From an uncultured virus (IMG/VR IMGVR_UViG_3300044608_000291) (lineage: Duplodnaviria; Heunggongvirae; Uroviricota; Caudoviricetes), in the IMG/VR virus record IMGVR_UViG_3300044608_000291: a DNA stretch of 64,000 nt. One strand, 5' to 3'. Shown piece by piece: positions 27,270-36,587 of this stretch (its first letter is position 1; each line of letters begins with the position of its first letter). Below the pieces are notes generated by a model. The model was not told the origin of the DNA and did no database searches. It was given only the letters and a program-made list of their open reading frames with translations. The translations under genes and the position numbers were made by a program.

Positions 27270-27456
27270 CAAGTTCCATTTGATGTTTCGCAAGGTCATA
27301 CACTTCACGCAGTGCGGTCTCTAGACCCCGGATCAAGCCGCACAGTTCGCGGTACTTAGCGTAGTCCGTTGCGGAACCCGCGCTAAGCATCTCGATAGCA
27401 GAAGAGCGATGCTCTTCGATTTTTTCTTTCAGCACGTCATAGACGGTCTTAGCCAC
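27259..27456 (-). CDS. Small conserved protein downstream of portal
   Basis: 65 aa; DYAKYRELCGLIRGL. Confidence 0.7.
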   Translation of the reverse strand: MAKTVYDVLKEKIEEHRSSAIEMLSAGSATDYAKYRELCGLIRGLETALREVYDLAKHQMELDDD

Positions 27457-27459
27457 GTA

Positions 27460-29985
27460 TTACTCCTTGGGTTTCTTCGGAGCCTTAGTCTTCGGGGCTT
27501 CTGCCGATTTACTTGCCATTAACTTGTCCAACACCGCCGCTCGGCGGTTTCCTCTTGCTTCATTCTGTTTATCTGTACGCGCAGTAGCGCCGTTTTGCAT
27601 CTCAATCGCTTTAGTCAGAAGCTCCATGCGTTGCTTGCTCTGCGACTCCTGCTGCTTGTTATCCATGTCGGCTTTTGATTTCTGCGCCTCGATAACAAGT
27701 TTGCGAGCCTCAAGCTCAAGCTTGCCCTTCGCAAGCTGGATGTCCGCCTGATCCTTCTGAGCCTTGCGCTGGACTTCTTGCTGCTGCGTCTGAAGTTTCT
27801 GCTGCTCGATCTGGAAGAGCGGATCTTGTGCTTGCTGCTGAGCTTGTTGTTGCTGAGCCTGCTGCGTGTGCTGCTGTGTAAGCTGACGAGCCGCTTGTGC
27901 GACGAGGCGGGACAACTCGACCTCAATGCTTTCTGGCAACTCTGCATCCGGCACAGTAAGGTCAGCGCCAAGCCGCTCTTCGATCTGTTTGCGATAGTTG
28001 AACCCAAGGTGCTCTGCGATGTGAGCTTGCAGCGCAGCCATAATCTGCTGGGCCTGCGGGTTCTGACCAATCGTCTGCATGATCATTGGATCTTGCATGA
28101 AGCTCATATGTGTTGCGATGTGAGCCTCGTGATCTTGGTAGATGAATGCCTTGAGAGGCTTGCCGACTAGTACAGACATGTTCTCACTGATCGGATCACG
28201 CGGCTTCTGGTCTTCCTGCATCGGGACAATCTTGTCCGCGTTCTTGATCCCAAGCACTTCCAGCATCTGTCGGTGTAAATACTGGAGGTCATAAATCTGC
28301 GGCGCGTCCTTCGCCATCATCATCGCGGCTTGGTACTGGACAACGCGCTGCGCCATCGTGGCACTATTGGGATCACTGACCGGAATGACTTCAACCTGTG
28401 CGTAGTCCGCAGCCCGCGCCCGACGGTCCACCCCCTCGGGGATGTAGTCATATGGCTCGTCCGCGTACTCAGCAATGATCGCCTTCAGGAGCTTGAACTC
28501 CTGCTTCATCGCGAAGTGAACACGCGCTTGGACCGCAGCCATCGGCTTGAGAGTCCGCTCCAGAATCGCCAGCGTGGTACCGACCGGTGCCTGCGCACTC
28601 ATGTCAGAGATATTTAAATCACTGATGGCGGCGAGCCTACGACCTTCTTGCGTGATCTTTTCGAGAAGTGCGGCCAACACTTGACTCGGCTCTTTGTACG
28701 GCAGCGGCAGGATGTTGTCTCGGATCGTGCCACTGGGCACATCCACATCTCGGAACTCGCCCGGTGCGACGGGGGTCTCGTCGCCCTTGATCCTCAGTCC
28801 ACGAGATTTAAGACCTCCCGGAAGATTTGAAAGAGTGCCAGCGTCAACGAGTTGGCGAAGGATAGAAGTACCTGCTCTAGCGTATCCACCCACAATGTGA
28901 ATGAGGCCGAGATGGTAGAAACCAAATCCGGGAATGTATCCATAGTGTACGAAGAACTGCCGTTTAAGTTGTAGATCATCATCGGGTTCCCAGTTGCGGC
29001 GGATCGCCAAGACAGTACCGGTACCCTTCTCAATCGTCACGATATAGGGCTTGGCAAGCCCGTCCTCATCATCGACGCCTTCAATAATCAGATCCGCGTG
29101 GATCTCATAGAGCATGTACCGATCATCAGAGGTCAGGGTATAGCCGTTTTCTTCTGCCTTGCGCTTCTCAATATCAGAGAAGAACGACACCGGCTCGCCA
29201 AGCTCAACGTCGCGGTAGAACCCGCTTGACTGCATGAAAGCCATCTCGTTCTTGGTCTTACGCATCGTATGCGTGACCCGCTCAGCCATCTCGATGTGAG
29301 ACGCCCCGTATGGGACGATGACTTCTTCTGCTGCTATATAAACAGAGACCTGCCGACGCAAGCGGGGGTCGTAGTAGACCTTCTTGAACGCAGACCCAGC
29401 CAGACTCAAGCTAAACAACATCCGCTCATGCTCTGAGCGGTACTCCACCATCCGCTCAGTCAACTGATAATTCATGTCCGCGCGAACGCGTTCAGCGGCA
29501 GCTTCCTTCTCTTTCGTTACTTCCCCCAGAATCTTGGCCTTGACCGGACCCGCAGCCGGGAACGTCTCGCTCATTGTCTCGGCTTGGAACCGGATCGCAG
29601 CTTCAGACAAGACAGTGGAATACACACCACACGCGTCCTCCCACGGGTCCGTCCGCTCCTCGTACTTGAAGCCTAGAACCTCAAGTCCCTTGACATATGT
29701 ATCAGACCAATCCTTGCGGGAAGTAATGTCGGCTTCAACCAGCTCGGTGAGTTCAGAAGAAAGGTTAGTAAGAATGCGCTCGTCAAGTTTTTCAGCAAGG
29801 TTTGAGTTGAACTCATCTTCTTCTCCGGCTTCGGCTTCCGGCATGAGTGTGATTTCCACACTGCCGTCGTCGAGCGTCACCATCTCCGGGTTTACGATCT
29901 CAATATCAAGAGTCTCGCCATTTAGCGGCATACCGGTCGGAGCCTGATAGACGCTTTTATCAATCATGTTCGTTGCCATGACCAT
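27460..29985 (-). CDS. Portal protein
   Basis: 841 aa after TerL; GSAFKKVYYD, LRQLVDAGTLSNLP, PGEFRDVD, Gln-rich C-terminal coiled coil. Confidence 0.9.
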   Translation of the reverse strand: MVMATNMIDKSVYQAPTGMPLNGETLDIEIVNPEMVTLDDGSVEITLMPEAEAGEEDEFNSNLAEKLDERILTNLSSELTELVEADITSRKDWSDTYVKGLEVLGFKYEERTDPWEDACGVYSTVLSEAAIRFQAETMSETFPAAGPVKAKILGEVTKEKEAAAERVRADMNYQLTERMVEYRSEHERMLFSLSLAGSAFKKVYYDPRLRRQVSVYIAAEEVIVPYGASHIEMAERVTHTMRKTKNEMAFMQSSGFYRDVELGEPVSFFSDIEKRKAEENGYTLTSDDRYMLYEIHADLIIEGVDDEDGLAKPYIVTIEKGTGTVLAIRRNWEPDDDLQLKRQFFVHYGYIPGFGFYHLGLIHIVGGYARAGTSILRQLVDAGTLSNLPGGLKSRGLRIKGDETPVAPGEFRDVDVPSGTIRDNILPLPYKEPSQVLAALLEKITQEGRRLAAISDLNISDMSAQAPVGTTLAILERTLKPMAAVQARVHFAMKQEFKLLKAIIAEYADEPYDYIPEGVDRRARAADYAQVEVIPVSDPNSATMAQRVVQYQAAMMMAKDAPQIYDLQYLHRQMLEVLGIKNADKIVPMQEDQKPRDPISENMSVLVGKPLKAFIYQDHEAHIATHMSFMQDPMIMQTIGQNPQAQQIMAALQAHIAEHLGFNYRKQIEERLGADLTVPDAELPESIEVELSRLVAQAARQLTQQHTQQAQQQQAQQQAQDPLFQIEQQKLQTQQQEVQRKAQKDQADIQLAKGKLELEARKLVIEAQKSKADMDNKQQESQSKQRMELLTKAIEMQNGATARTDKQNEARGNRRAAVLDKLMASKSAEAPKTKAPKKPKE

Positions 29986-29992
29986 TTCCTAA

Positions 29993-31513
29993 TCAGTAGT
30001 ACGCGCCACGTCGGCGACGGAACCCACGCGGCTCTTCAGGCTCATCGTTGGGCAGGCGAATGAACCCCCCTTGCCGGAACCGCATCAATGCTAGTGTAGT
30101 TGAATCAACGAGGTCGTCGTTAGCCCCGCTTGGGAAATCATTACATTCCTCGATTACTTCTTTAGCCCACCTGCGGTCGGGTGCCCACACAATACCGGAT
30201 GCAAATAAATCCGAGACAGCATTCACGCGACTGATCTTATCCTGACCTTTACCCGGCGTAAACTCGCCCACGGGCACACCCATGCGACGAAGCTCCTGAT
30301 ACAACGCTGCGCCGTTGGACTTCTTCTCAACCATGAACGCATCAGGCTCCCACTCCTTATACTGCTCGATCACGAGCTTCTTTAAGTCCGGGAACTCCAA
30401 GCGCCGCTTAATCGAGTTGAGCAGGATGATGTTGTAGTTGTTGACCTCTTCATTAAAGAAGACGCCCCACGTCGTCAGCGCGTTATAGTCTGCACGTGTG
30501 TTGGTTTCTTGCGCCGCATCCAGACTCATGATCGTAAATTCACAGTCTGGTGGCTCTTCTTTATCCCAAATCTTCCACCACTCACGCTTAATCAGTGCGC
30601 CTTCTTCGGAAGTGGGGTTCTGCATGTACTGGGCTTGCCAGTACCGGATATCAAGGGCTGCTTTCTTGGCTAAAAGCTCTTGTAGTGACCAGAATTCAGG
30701 CCAAAGTGGCTCGCCGTCGTCCTTAATTGCCGGAAAATCGATCACTTCCCACTGATCTACCCCGGTTTCTCGCTGCATTTGGTTCAAAATCTGGCCTGTG
30801 AGGTCCAGTTTTGACCATCTTGTCATCACAACGATAATAGCCCCATTAGGCATAAGACGCTGGATAGGCCCAGATTGAAACCACTCCCATGCAGGTAGAA
30901 AAACTTCGGGTCGTCCGGTCTTGGCTTCCTGCTCAGAATGTGGATCATCGATAATAAATAGGTGAGCCCCCCGGCCAGCGAGAGCACCCCCAACGCCTGA
31001 TGCAAAGTATTCGCCACCAAAGTTCGTCCCCCATCTAGAAGCTGATTTTGAATCTTGTTGCAGGCTGATTTGCGGGAAAATGTCCTTGTATGAGTCGGAA
31101 TCCACTAGATTTCGGACTCTACGACCAAAAGTCTCGGCCAAACTCGCTGTATGCGAGGCCATAATGACCTTATTCTGGGGAAATTTACCCAAATACCACG
31201 CTGGCGCGAGATAAGAGATCAATTCAGACTTGCCATGACGGGGGGCGATATTAACAATCACCCGTTTTTTCTTGCCAGAGGCAATATCTTCGAAGATTTG
31301 GGCAAGTTTGAAGTGATGCGGGCCTACTTTATAGCCGGGATAGACGTGCCTGACGAAATCCAAGAAGGAAGTTCGCCCAAGTTGCTGTGTAACTTGGGTC
31401 TCGTAGGTCTTTAAAAGGTCTAAAACCCGCTTTTTCTCGTTCAGTGGCAGGTTTGGGGCGAGTTTTTTGAGCTTAAATATCTGCTCTGGACTGATTTTTA
31501 ACGCTTCACTCAT
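29993..31513 (-). CDS. terL: Terminase large subunit
   Basis: Walker A NIAPRHGKS, Walker B FIIDDPH, VMTRW coupling motif, nuclease SLD...DDLVD. Confidence 0.95.
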   Translation of the reverse strand: MSEALKISPEQIFKLKKLAPNLPLNEKKRVLDLLKTYETQVTQQLGRTSFLDFVRHVYPGYKVGPHHFKLAQIFEDIASGKKKRVIVNIAPRHGKSELISYLAPAWYLGKFPQNKVIMASHTASLAETFGRRVRNLVDSDSYKDIFPQISLQQDSKSASRWGTNFGGEYFASGVGGALAGRGAHLFIIDDPHSEQEAKTGRPEVFLPAWEWFQSGPIQRLMPNGAIIVVMTRWSKLDLTGQILNQMQRETGVDQWEVIDFPAIKDDGEPLWPEFWSLQELLAKKAALDIRYWQAQYMQNPTSEEGALIKREWWKIWDKEEPPDCEFTIMSLDAAQETNTRADYNALTTWGVFFNEEVNNYNIILLNSIKRRLEFPDLKKLVIEQYKEWEPDAFMVEKKSNGAALYQELRRMGVPVGEFTPGKGQDKISRVNAVSDLFASGIVWAPDRRWAKEVIEECNDFPSGANDDLVDSTTLALMRFRQGGFIRLPNDEPEEPRGFRRRRGAYY

Positions 31514-32078
31514 CGATTTCGGGCTCGGAGCGTACGATTTCGTTGGCTTCCACGTCAATTATCTTGTTCTCAAGGCTCTCCAGAGTCCGAGCAAGCTCTC
31601 TTTCCACCTCTTCAAGCGTCTGAACCTTGATGGTCGATTCAGTTCTGCGCTTGAAGGCGTCAACACCATCCACTTCTCCAAGTTTTGATAGTGCCGCGAC
31701 GCGGATCTTCGGATCCTTAGCATGTTCAATCTCTGCCACAAGCTTATTGACCACGTACATCTTCAATTCAGCGAGGTCGTGGACAATAGACTGATTCATC
31801 TGGGCCACCATACCGGCCAGATATGCGAGCGTTTCGTTGGGGTAATTAGTAAAGTTAGGGCGTAATTGGGGGTCTTTGGCCATCTGCTGAGCTAAGGCAG
31901 TGGCCTCCTCAATATTACTCTGCGTGGGAGAAAGGGGCTGGCCGGTCAGGTCCGACATCAGCTTCACCACGTTGGCCCGCATATTCAATTCTTCAGTCGG
32001 CGTCAGTTTTGGCATTGCCTCGGCTGCGTTCGACGGGAGCGGGATGTTCTCCTCGATCGGGGGAATCAACGTAATCAT
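31506..32078 (-). CDS. Putative terminase small subunit
   Basis: First late gene, overlaps TerL start; helical RVAALSKLGEVDGVDAF. Confidence 0.6.
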   Translation of the reverse strand: MITLIPPIEENIPLPSNAAEAMPKLTPTEELNMRANVVKLMSDLTGQPLSPTQSNIEEATALAQQMAKDPQLRPNFTNYPNETLAYLAGMVAQMNQSIVHDLAELKMYVVNKLVAEIEHAKDPKIRVAALSKLGEVDGVDAFKRRTESTIKVQTLEEVERELARTLESLENKIIDVEANEIVRSEPEIDE

Positions 32079-32105
32079 GTGGTTGATATATAAGTGGTGG
32101 GGGCC

Positions 32106-32135
32106 AGTATAAGACTAATTAAATAGAAATGTAAA
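32106..32135 (-). promoter_or_regulatory. Sigma70-like leftward (late arm) promoter
   Basis: Minus strand TTTACA-18 nt-TATACT upstream of TerS. Confidence 0.55.
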
Positions 32136-32316
32136 TATACCGGCATTTTGGGAGGAGGTTGGGACTCCTACCGGGGGGGTGTTTCTATAAATAAGGTTAG
32201 AACAGAGTGGGGGAAATGTGGAAAGTATTTGTGCAGATTTGGGGGTGTGGGGTGCGCGATGGAACCAGACCAGCTCAAGGGGGTGGCCGGGCGGGTGGGT
32301 CACGGCTAATTAGCAT

Positions 32317-32332
32317 CCTGACAAGTGTCAGG
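32317..32332. promoter_or_regulatory. Palindrome A site 1 (CCTGACAAGTGTCAGG)
   Basis: Perfect 7-bp arms; upstream of the first early gene. Confidence 0.8.
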
Positions 32333-32431
32333 AAACTAGACAAAGCCGCGCAGAATCAGGCATAAATAATACATCAGCGATCGCTGATGACTGTCCCGAT
32401 CCAGTCTGATCGGATACTTGGAGTGCCAACC

Positions 32432-33181
32432 ATGGCCACAAAGCAAACCCCCGCAGCTAACGCTGCCCTGTCCCTGTCCGTTTACTCTTCCGCCATCGCT
32501 CGCAAGATCGGCGATCAGGTAGCAGCCACGGGCGATCGTCTGGCCGAGATCGCGAGCGTAGTCCGGGCATGCCCCGACCTGATCGGGTTCGGCGATCAAG
32601 ACTTCGATTACAAGAAACCCGCTGCCGTGCTGTTTTACGACGATTTCAGCGCGGGCGTCGTCGATCGGTACTCGAACCAGCGCGGTGAAATGCTCTACCG
32701 GGCGATTATCCCTGCCGGTGCGGAAACGGCTGACGGTTTCGTCGCATTGACCCGCGACGAATTCGATGCGCTGCGTGAGCAAAAAGATCCGCCCGTTCTG
32801 CTGGCACTGACCTATCATCTTGCGTGGTCAATGTCTCGGTCTGATTTTGGTGCTCTAGAGAAACGTCCAGCGTCTGTCGGCGGATCGGGTCTGTTCGGTA
32901 AAGCATACAAGTCTCTGATCACGGAAATGCGAGACCGGGCGAACAACTACCGAGATCAAAACTGGAAACGTCTGCGCCTTGCATGTAGCACTGCGAAGCG
33001 TACACGGACAGCAGCAGCGTCTGACTTCGAGACGTGGCTGATGGGCGAGACCGGCAAACCCGGAGTGCTTGATCAGATCGAGACCCGCGCAGCGAACGCA
33101 GCAAAACGGGGCGATGCGGCAGCAGACATCGCCAAAGTAAAAGAGGCGGTCGCAGCGTTCCGCAAAGTCTGGGACAAGTAA
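32432..33181 (+). CDS. First early gene, hypothetical protein
   Basis: GGAG SD then ATG at 32432; 249 aa; own terminator. Confidence 0.8.
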   Translation: MATKQTPAANAALSLSVYSSAIARKIGDQVAATGDRLAEIASVVRACPDLIGFGDQDFDYKKPAAVLFYDDFSAGVVDRYSNQRGEMLYRAIIPAGAETADGFVALTRDEFDALREQKDPPVLLALTYHLAWSMSRSDFGALEKRPASVGGSGLFGKAYKSLITEMRDRANNYRDQNWKRLRLACSTAKRTRTAAASDFETWLMGETGKPGVLDQIETRAANAAKRGDAAADIAKVKEAVAAFRKVWDK

Positions 33182-33195
33182 ACCCTAGACCACCC

Positions 33196-33229
33196 AGCCC
33201 GGCAGACGCAAGTCTGCCGGGCTTTTTTT
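33196..33229 (+). terminator. Rho-independent terminator
   Basis: AGCCCGGCAGAC-GCAA-GTCTGCCGGGCT followed by a T run. Confidence 0.93.
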
Positions 33230-33364
33230 GCGCCCTCGCCCCGCGATGCCAGTTCTTCGTCGTCGCGCGCATGCTAGGCTCGTGCGTGTAATACACGGCT
33301 GACGCGTCACGATCGCACTGAGTAGCTAAATAACAGCGTTTTACTTCATTTAGCTAAATAGTTT

Positions 33365-33380
33365 CCTGACAGTTGTCAGG
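33365..33380. promoter_or_regulatory. Palindrome A site 2 (CCTGACAGTTGTCAGG)
   Basis: Perfect arms; left edge of the origin-like region. Confidence 0.8.
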
Positions 33381-33399
33381 GAAATTTCGGCGGTTTTTT

Positions 33400-33790
<391 letters not shown>

Positions 33791-33830
33791 AATCCCCCGC
33801 CGACCCCCGCTATAACTAAACTATTTCATT

Positions 33831-33900
33831 TAGACGCTTGACGTATACGTCAAGTTATGGTAGAATACGCTTTGGGGCAGGCTGATCTTTGCTTTCCCCT
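33831..33900 (+). promoter_or_regulatory. Early promoter module copy 1 with palindrome B
   Basis: TTGACG(33838)-17-TAGAAT(33861) with extended TG; CTTGACGTATACGTCAAG at 33837-33854. Confidence 0.85.
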
Positions 33901-33927
33901 ACCCGGCGCAGTTGCGCTATTTACTTC

Positions 33928-33943
33928 CCTGACAACTGTCAGG
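33928..33943. promoter_or_regulatory. Palindrome A site 3 (CCTGACAACTGTCAGG)
   Basis: Perfect arms; about 10 nt before a GAGGAG SD. Confidence 0.8.
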
Positions 33944-33964
33944 ATTTCAACTGAGGAGCAGACC

Positions 33965-34390
33965 ATGAAGCAACCCGACCACATCTCTCACCCCGACCAC
34001 ACCGCTGTCCCCCGTTGCCCCGAAGAAGCAACCCTCTTCCTTTTGATGGAGAGATTTATTGAGCGAGGTTACGCAATCGTCGCATTCACCCCCGAGGAAC
34101 TCGGCGAGGCAGATCCCGACGCGGTTGCCTCACACATGATTGAACACGGCTGGCAGATGATTGATGTAGAGAATGCACCCAAGACCGAGGAACGCGCGGG
34201 GCAAACTATCATGTTCAGCAAACCATCTGCTCACAAGATCGCTCAGAAGCAACTTGATGACGCTCAACGCTTGCTGCTCGAACATCAGAGCGCAGCGGAG
34301 TATCACGCTCACATGGCTGCGTACTACACCGAGGCAATCGTACGGTTGGAGAAATTCTTAGGTCCGCAGGAGCCGTATGTTGCGCCGTGA
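33965..34390 (+). CDS. Hypothetical early protein
   Basis: GAGGAG SD before ATG 33965. Confidence 0.7.
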   Translation: MKQPDHISHPDHTAVPRCPEEATLFLLMERFIERGYAIVAFTPEELGEADPDAVASHMIEHGWQMIDVENAPKTEERAGQTIMFSKPSAHKIAQKQLDDAQRLLLEHQSAAEYHAHMAAYYTEAIVRLEKFLGPQEPYVAP

Positions 34391-34766
34391 GGATGTCTTG
34401 CGTATCGCCCGCGAAGCAGGCGGGCGTTGGGAACAGGGTACGCAGCGCTCTGCGTACCCCGTCAAATTCAACATCGACACGTTGCTGCGGTTCGCCGCAA
34501 AGATAGAGGAGCACATCAATGAGCTACACCAAAGAAAAGTGGAAGCTGTCACTCAACCACAACTGGAAGACCCACCCATTCAGCATCATCGTGCAGGGCA
34601 AGTACGGGGTGCATTCCACGACGATCGCGAACATCCCCACGCGGATGACGATCCCACCGCAGGAGCAGAAGGCAAACGCCCAGCTAATCGCTGCTGCACC
34701 TGCCATGTACGAAGCTCTGCAAACCATCCTGAACATGGCTCTAATGGACAAAGGGCACTGGGCTAA
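34377..34766 (+). CDS. Hypothetical protein (N-terminal part plausible; overlaps next ORF)
   Basis: AGGAG SD; MLRREDVLRIAREAG is a common small phage protein start; the long 3' overlap is doubtful. Confidence 0.45.
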   Translation: MLRREDVLRIAREAGGRWEQGTQRSAYPVKFNIDTLLRFAAKIEEHINELHQRKVEAVTQPQLEDPPIQHHRAGQVRGAFHDDREHPHADDDPTAGAEGKRPANRCCTCHVRSSANHPEHGSNGQRALG

Positions 34767-34818
34767 GACCATCGAGACAGAAGCCTTGGCTGCACTTGCT
34801 AAAGCACAGAGTTCATGA
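34519..34818 (+). CDS. Hypothetical phage protein
   Basis: GAGGAG SD; ANAQLIAAAP.MYEAL motif common in phage early genes. Confidence 0.75.
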   Translation: MSYTKEKWKLSLNHNWKTHPFSIIVQGKYGVHSTTIANIPTRMTIPPQEQKANAQLIAAAPAMYEALQTILNMALMDKGHWAKTIETEALAALAKAQSS

Positions 34819-34836
34819 ACTACCGGAGGGATTGAA

Positions 34837-35055
34837 ATGAGCGACGAGAGCGACACCAAGATCCGCCCGCATTGTTTGCTTTGTGGAGAGGTTTTCTCCG
34901 CCAAGCGTCGCAAGAACGGGTACACGCTGTGTCTACCCTGTGGAGAGGAGGAGTCGCGCAAGACCCGACACACGATTGCCCCCCTGCACAAAAGCAACTA
35001 CATTCACGTGAGAAATCCCGCCGACCTGATCGGTATAAACCTCAAGCAAAGGTAA
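34837..35055 (+). CDS. Small C4 zinc-finger protein
   Basis: CLLCGE...GY.LCLPCGE...PLHKSNY; GGAGG SD. Confidence 0.8.
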   Translation: MSDESDTKIRPHCLLCGEVFSAKRRKNGYTLCLPCGEEESRKTRHTIAPLHKSNYIHVRNPADLIGINLKQR

Positions 35056-35058
35056 GTC

Positions 35059-35379
35059 ATGGAAAAGATCGGAGTGCACACAATCAACCCCGAGACCACA
35101 ACCCCCGAGGAGGCCGAGATGTACAACCGCTCGCGCATGATGGAAATGTTGGTCAACAGGCTGTTCAATACTGAGATGGAAGTCAATGACACAACGCGCA
35201 TCTTTTCGCTTCAAGAAGAAATTTCATTGCTGGCTACGATGTTGACCATCCGGCTGATCTACGTAGGGATAACCCCTGAACAAGTATGCGAACACATGAC
35301 CGAGCGCTATCGCTTGATAGAGAAGGACCTGAAAGCCAGCATGAAAGCAACCCATGCCCCCTCGCAGGTGGTTCAGTGA
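35059..35379 (+). CDS. Hypothetical protein
   Basis: 106-aa ORF in operon. Confidence 0.65.
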   Translation: MEKIGVHTINPETTTPEEAEMYNRSRMMEMLVNRLFNTEMEVNDTTRIFSLQEEISLLATMLTIRLIYVGITPEQVCEHMTERYRLIEKDLKASMKATHAPSQVVQ

Positions 35380-35397
35380 TAGATAAAGTTTTTGTTG

Positions 35398-35465
35398 TAG
35401 ACGCTTGACGTATACGTCAAGTTATGGTACACTTCGGTTTGGGGCAGGCTACTCTTTGCTGCCCT
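35398..35465 (+). promoter_or_regulatory. Early promoter module copy 2 with palindrome B
   Basis: TTGACG(35405)-17-TACACT(35428); CTTGACGTATACGTCAAG at 35404-35421. Confidence 0.85.
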
Positions 35466-35505
35466 GTGGTTAGTTCAGTTTGCCTCGCTCTTTCGCAGTT
35501 AGCGT

Positions 35506-35521
35506 CCTGACAAATGTCAGG
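35506..35521. promoter_or_regulatory. Palindrome A site 4 (CCTGACAAATGTCAGG)
   Basis: Perfect arms; in the leader of the 35571 gene. Confidence 0.8.
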
Positions 35522-35570
35522 AAACAAATCAGTCACCATTTAGTCAATTCATCAGTCAGGAGTAGTCATC

Positions 35571-36500
35571 ATGTTGCAAAAGCCAGCCCATCTCATCTCG
35601 CTCGCCTCCAGTGGCGTCCTCGTCAACGTCGAGATGAAGATCCCCACCTTCACCGCTGCCGCGCGTAGTGCAAGCGCAGAACTCACCGCTGCCAAGAAGG
35701 CGGACAAGAACGCAGCCAAGGTCACGCAGTTTTTGCTCGCAGGTCACCCGCTGCACAAAGCATTGATGAACCACCGTCAGACAGTGGACAACTGGATGAA
35801 CCGCGTGGCGTTCGAATGGACAAAGAAGCAATACTTTCTCCCGTTCATGCTCTTGCCCAAGTTCAACGCAGAGTACAAACAACTAAAGGCGGACTGGGAC
35901 TTGATGCTCCAGAACTTCTATAACGCCTATGACGGGATCATCTCGGACATGGCGTTCAAGCAAGGCGACATGTTCAACCGCAACGCCTACCCGCACAGGG
36001 ACAAGATGATCAAGCGGTTTTCGATGGAGCTTTTCACATGCGACGTGCCGATGCAGGACTACCGCTGTTCGATTGCGCAGGAGATCGCCGAAGACTTGCA
36101 CGAGACATACAGCCGACAGACCAAGGCAATCATCGATAGGCTGGCATCCGATCAACTCAAGCGCATGGGTGACGTGATGCGTTCAATCTCTTATTGTTGC
36201 GAGACTGAGGAGGTGACGGACGACAAGGGGAACGTGAAGACCAAGAAGCGCAGGATCTACGACGCAACGATCACCAAAGCGCGTGACATGATCAACACGT
36301 TCAAGGAGTTCAACCCATCAAACAACCCCGAGGTCGAGGCCGCGCGTAGTGAGCTAGAGCAGGCACTGGCATCATTTACGGCAGAGGACATCCGCGAATC
36401 GGAGGCCGTTCGCAGCATCGTCAAGGAGGGTGTGGACAACATCCTCAACAAATACGCAGTGTTTTCATCCATGAGCGAAGAGGAGGAGATCGACGAGTAA
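35571..36500 (+). CDS. DUF3150-like protein
   Basis: 309-aa helical protein upstream of the AAA/VWA pair; AGGAG SD; acidic tail. Confidence 0.6.
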   Translation: MLQKPAHLISLASSGVLVNVEMKIPTFTAAARSASAELTAAKKADKNAAKVTQFLLAGHPLHKALMNHRQTVDNWMNRVAFEWTKKQYFLPFMLLPKFNAEYKQLKADWDLMLQNFYNAYDGIISDMAFKQGDMFNRNAYPHRDKMIKRFSMELFTCDVPMQDYRCSIAQEIAEDLHETYSRQTKAIIDRLASDQLKRMGDVMRSISYCCETEEVTDDKGNVKTKKRRIYDATITKARDMINTFKEFNPSNNPEVEAARSELEQALASFTAEDIRESEAVRSIVKEGVDNILNKYAVFSSMSEEEEIDE

Positions 36501-36553
36501 CCCCGCGCTAACCAACCACATCAACACTGATCACACAAACCACTAACCAACGC

Positions 36554-36569
36554 CCTGACATCTGTCAGG
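36554..36569. promoter_or_regulatory. Palindrome A site 5 (CCTGACATCTGTCAGG)
   Basis: Perfect arms; about 10 nt before a GAGGA SD. Confidence 0.8.
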
Positions 36570-36587
36570 AAACTAATTGAGGACATC

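Noticed and set aside
33872..33883. GGGCAGGC after both early promoters as KOPS sites for the FtsK-gamma domain
   Set aside because: One mismatch to GGGNAGGG and better explained as the 5' arm of the leader hairpin.
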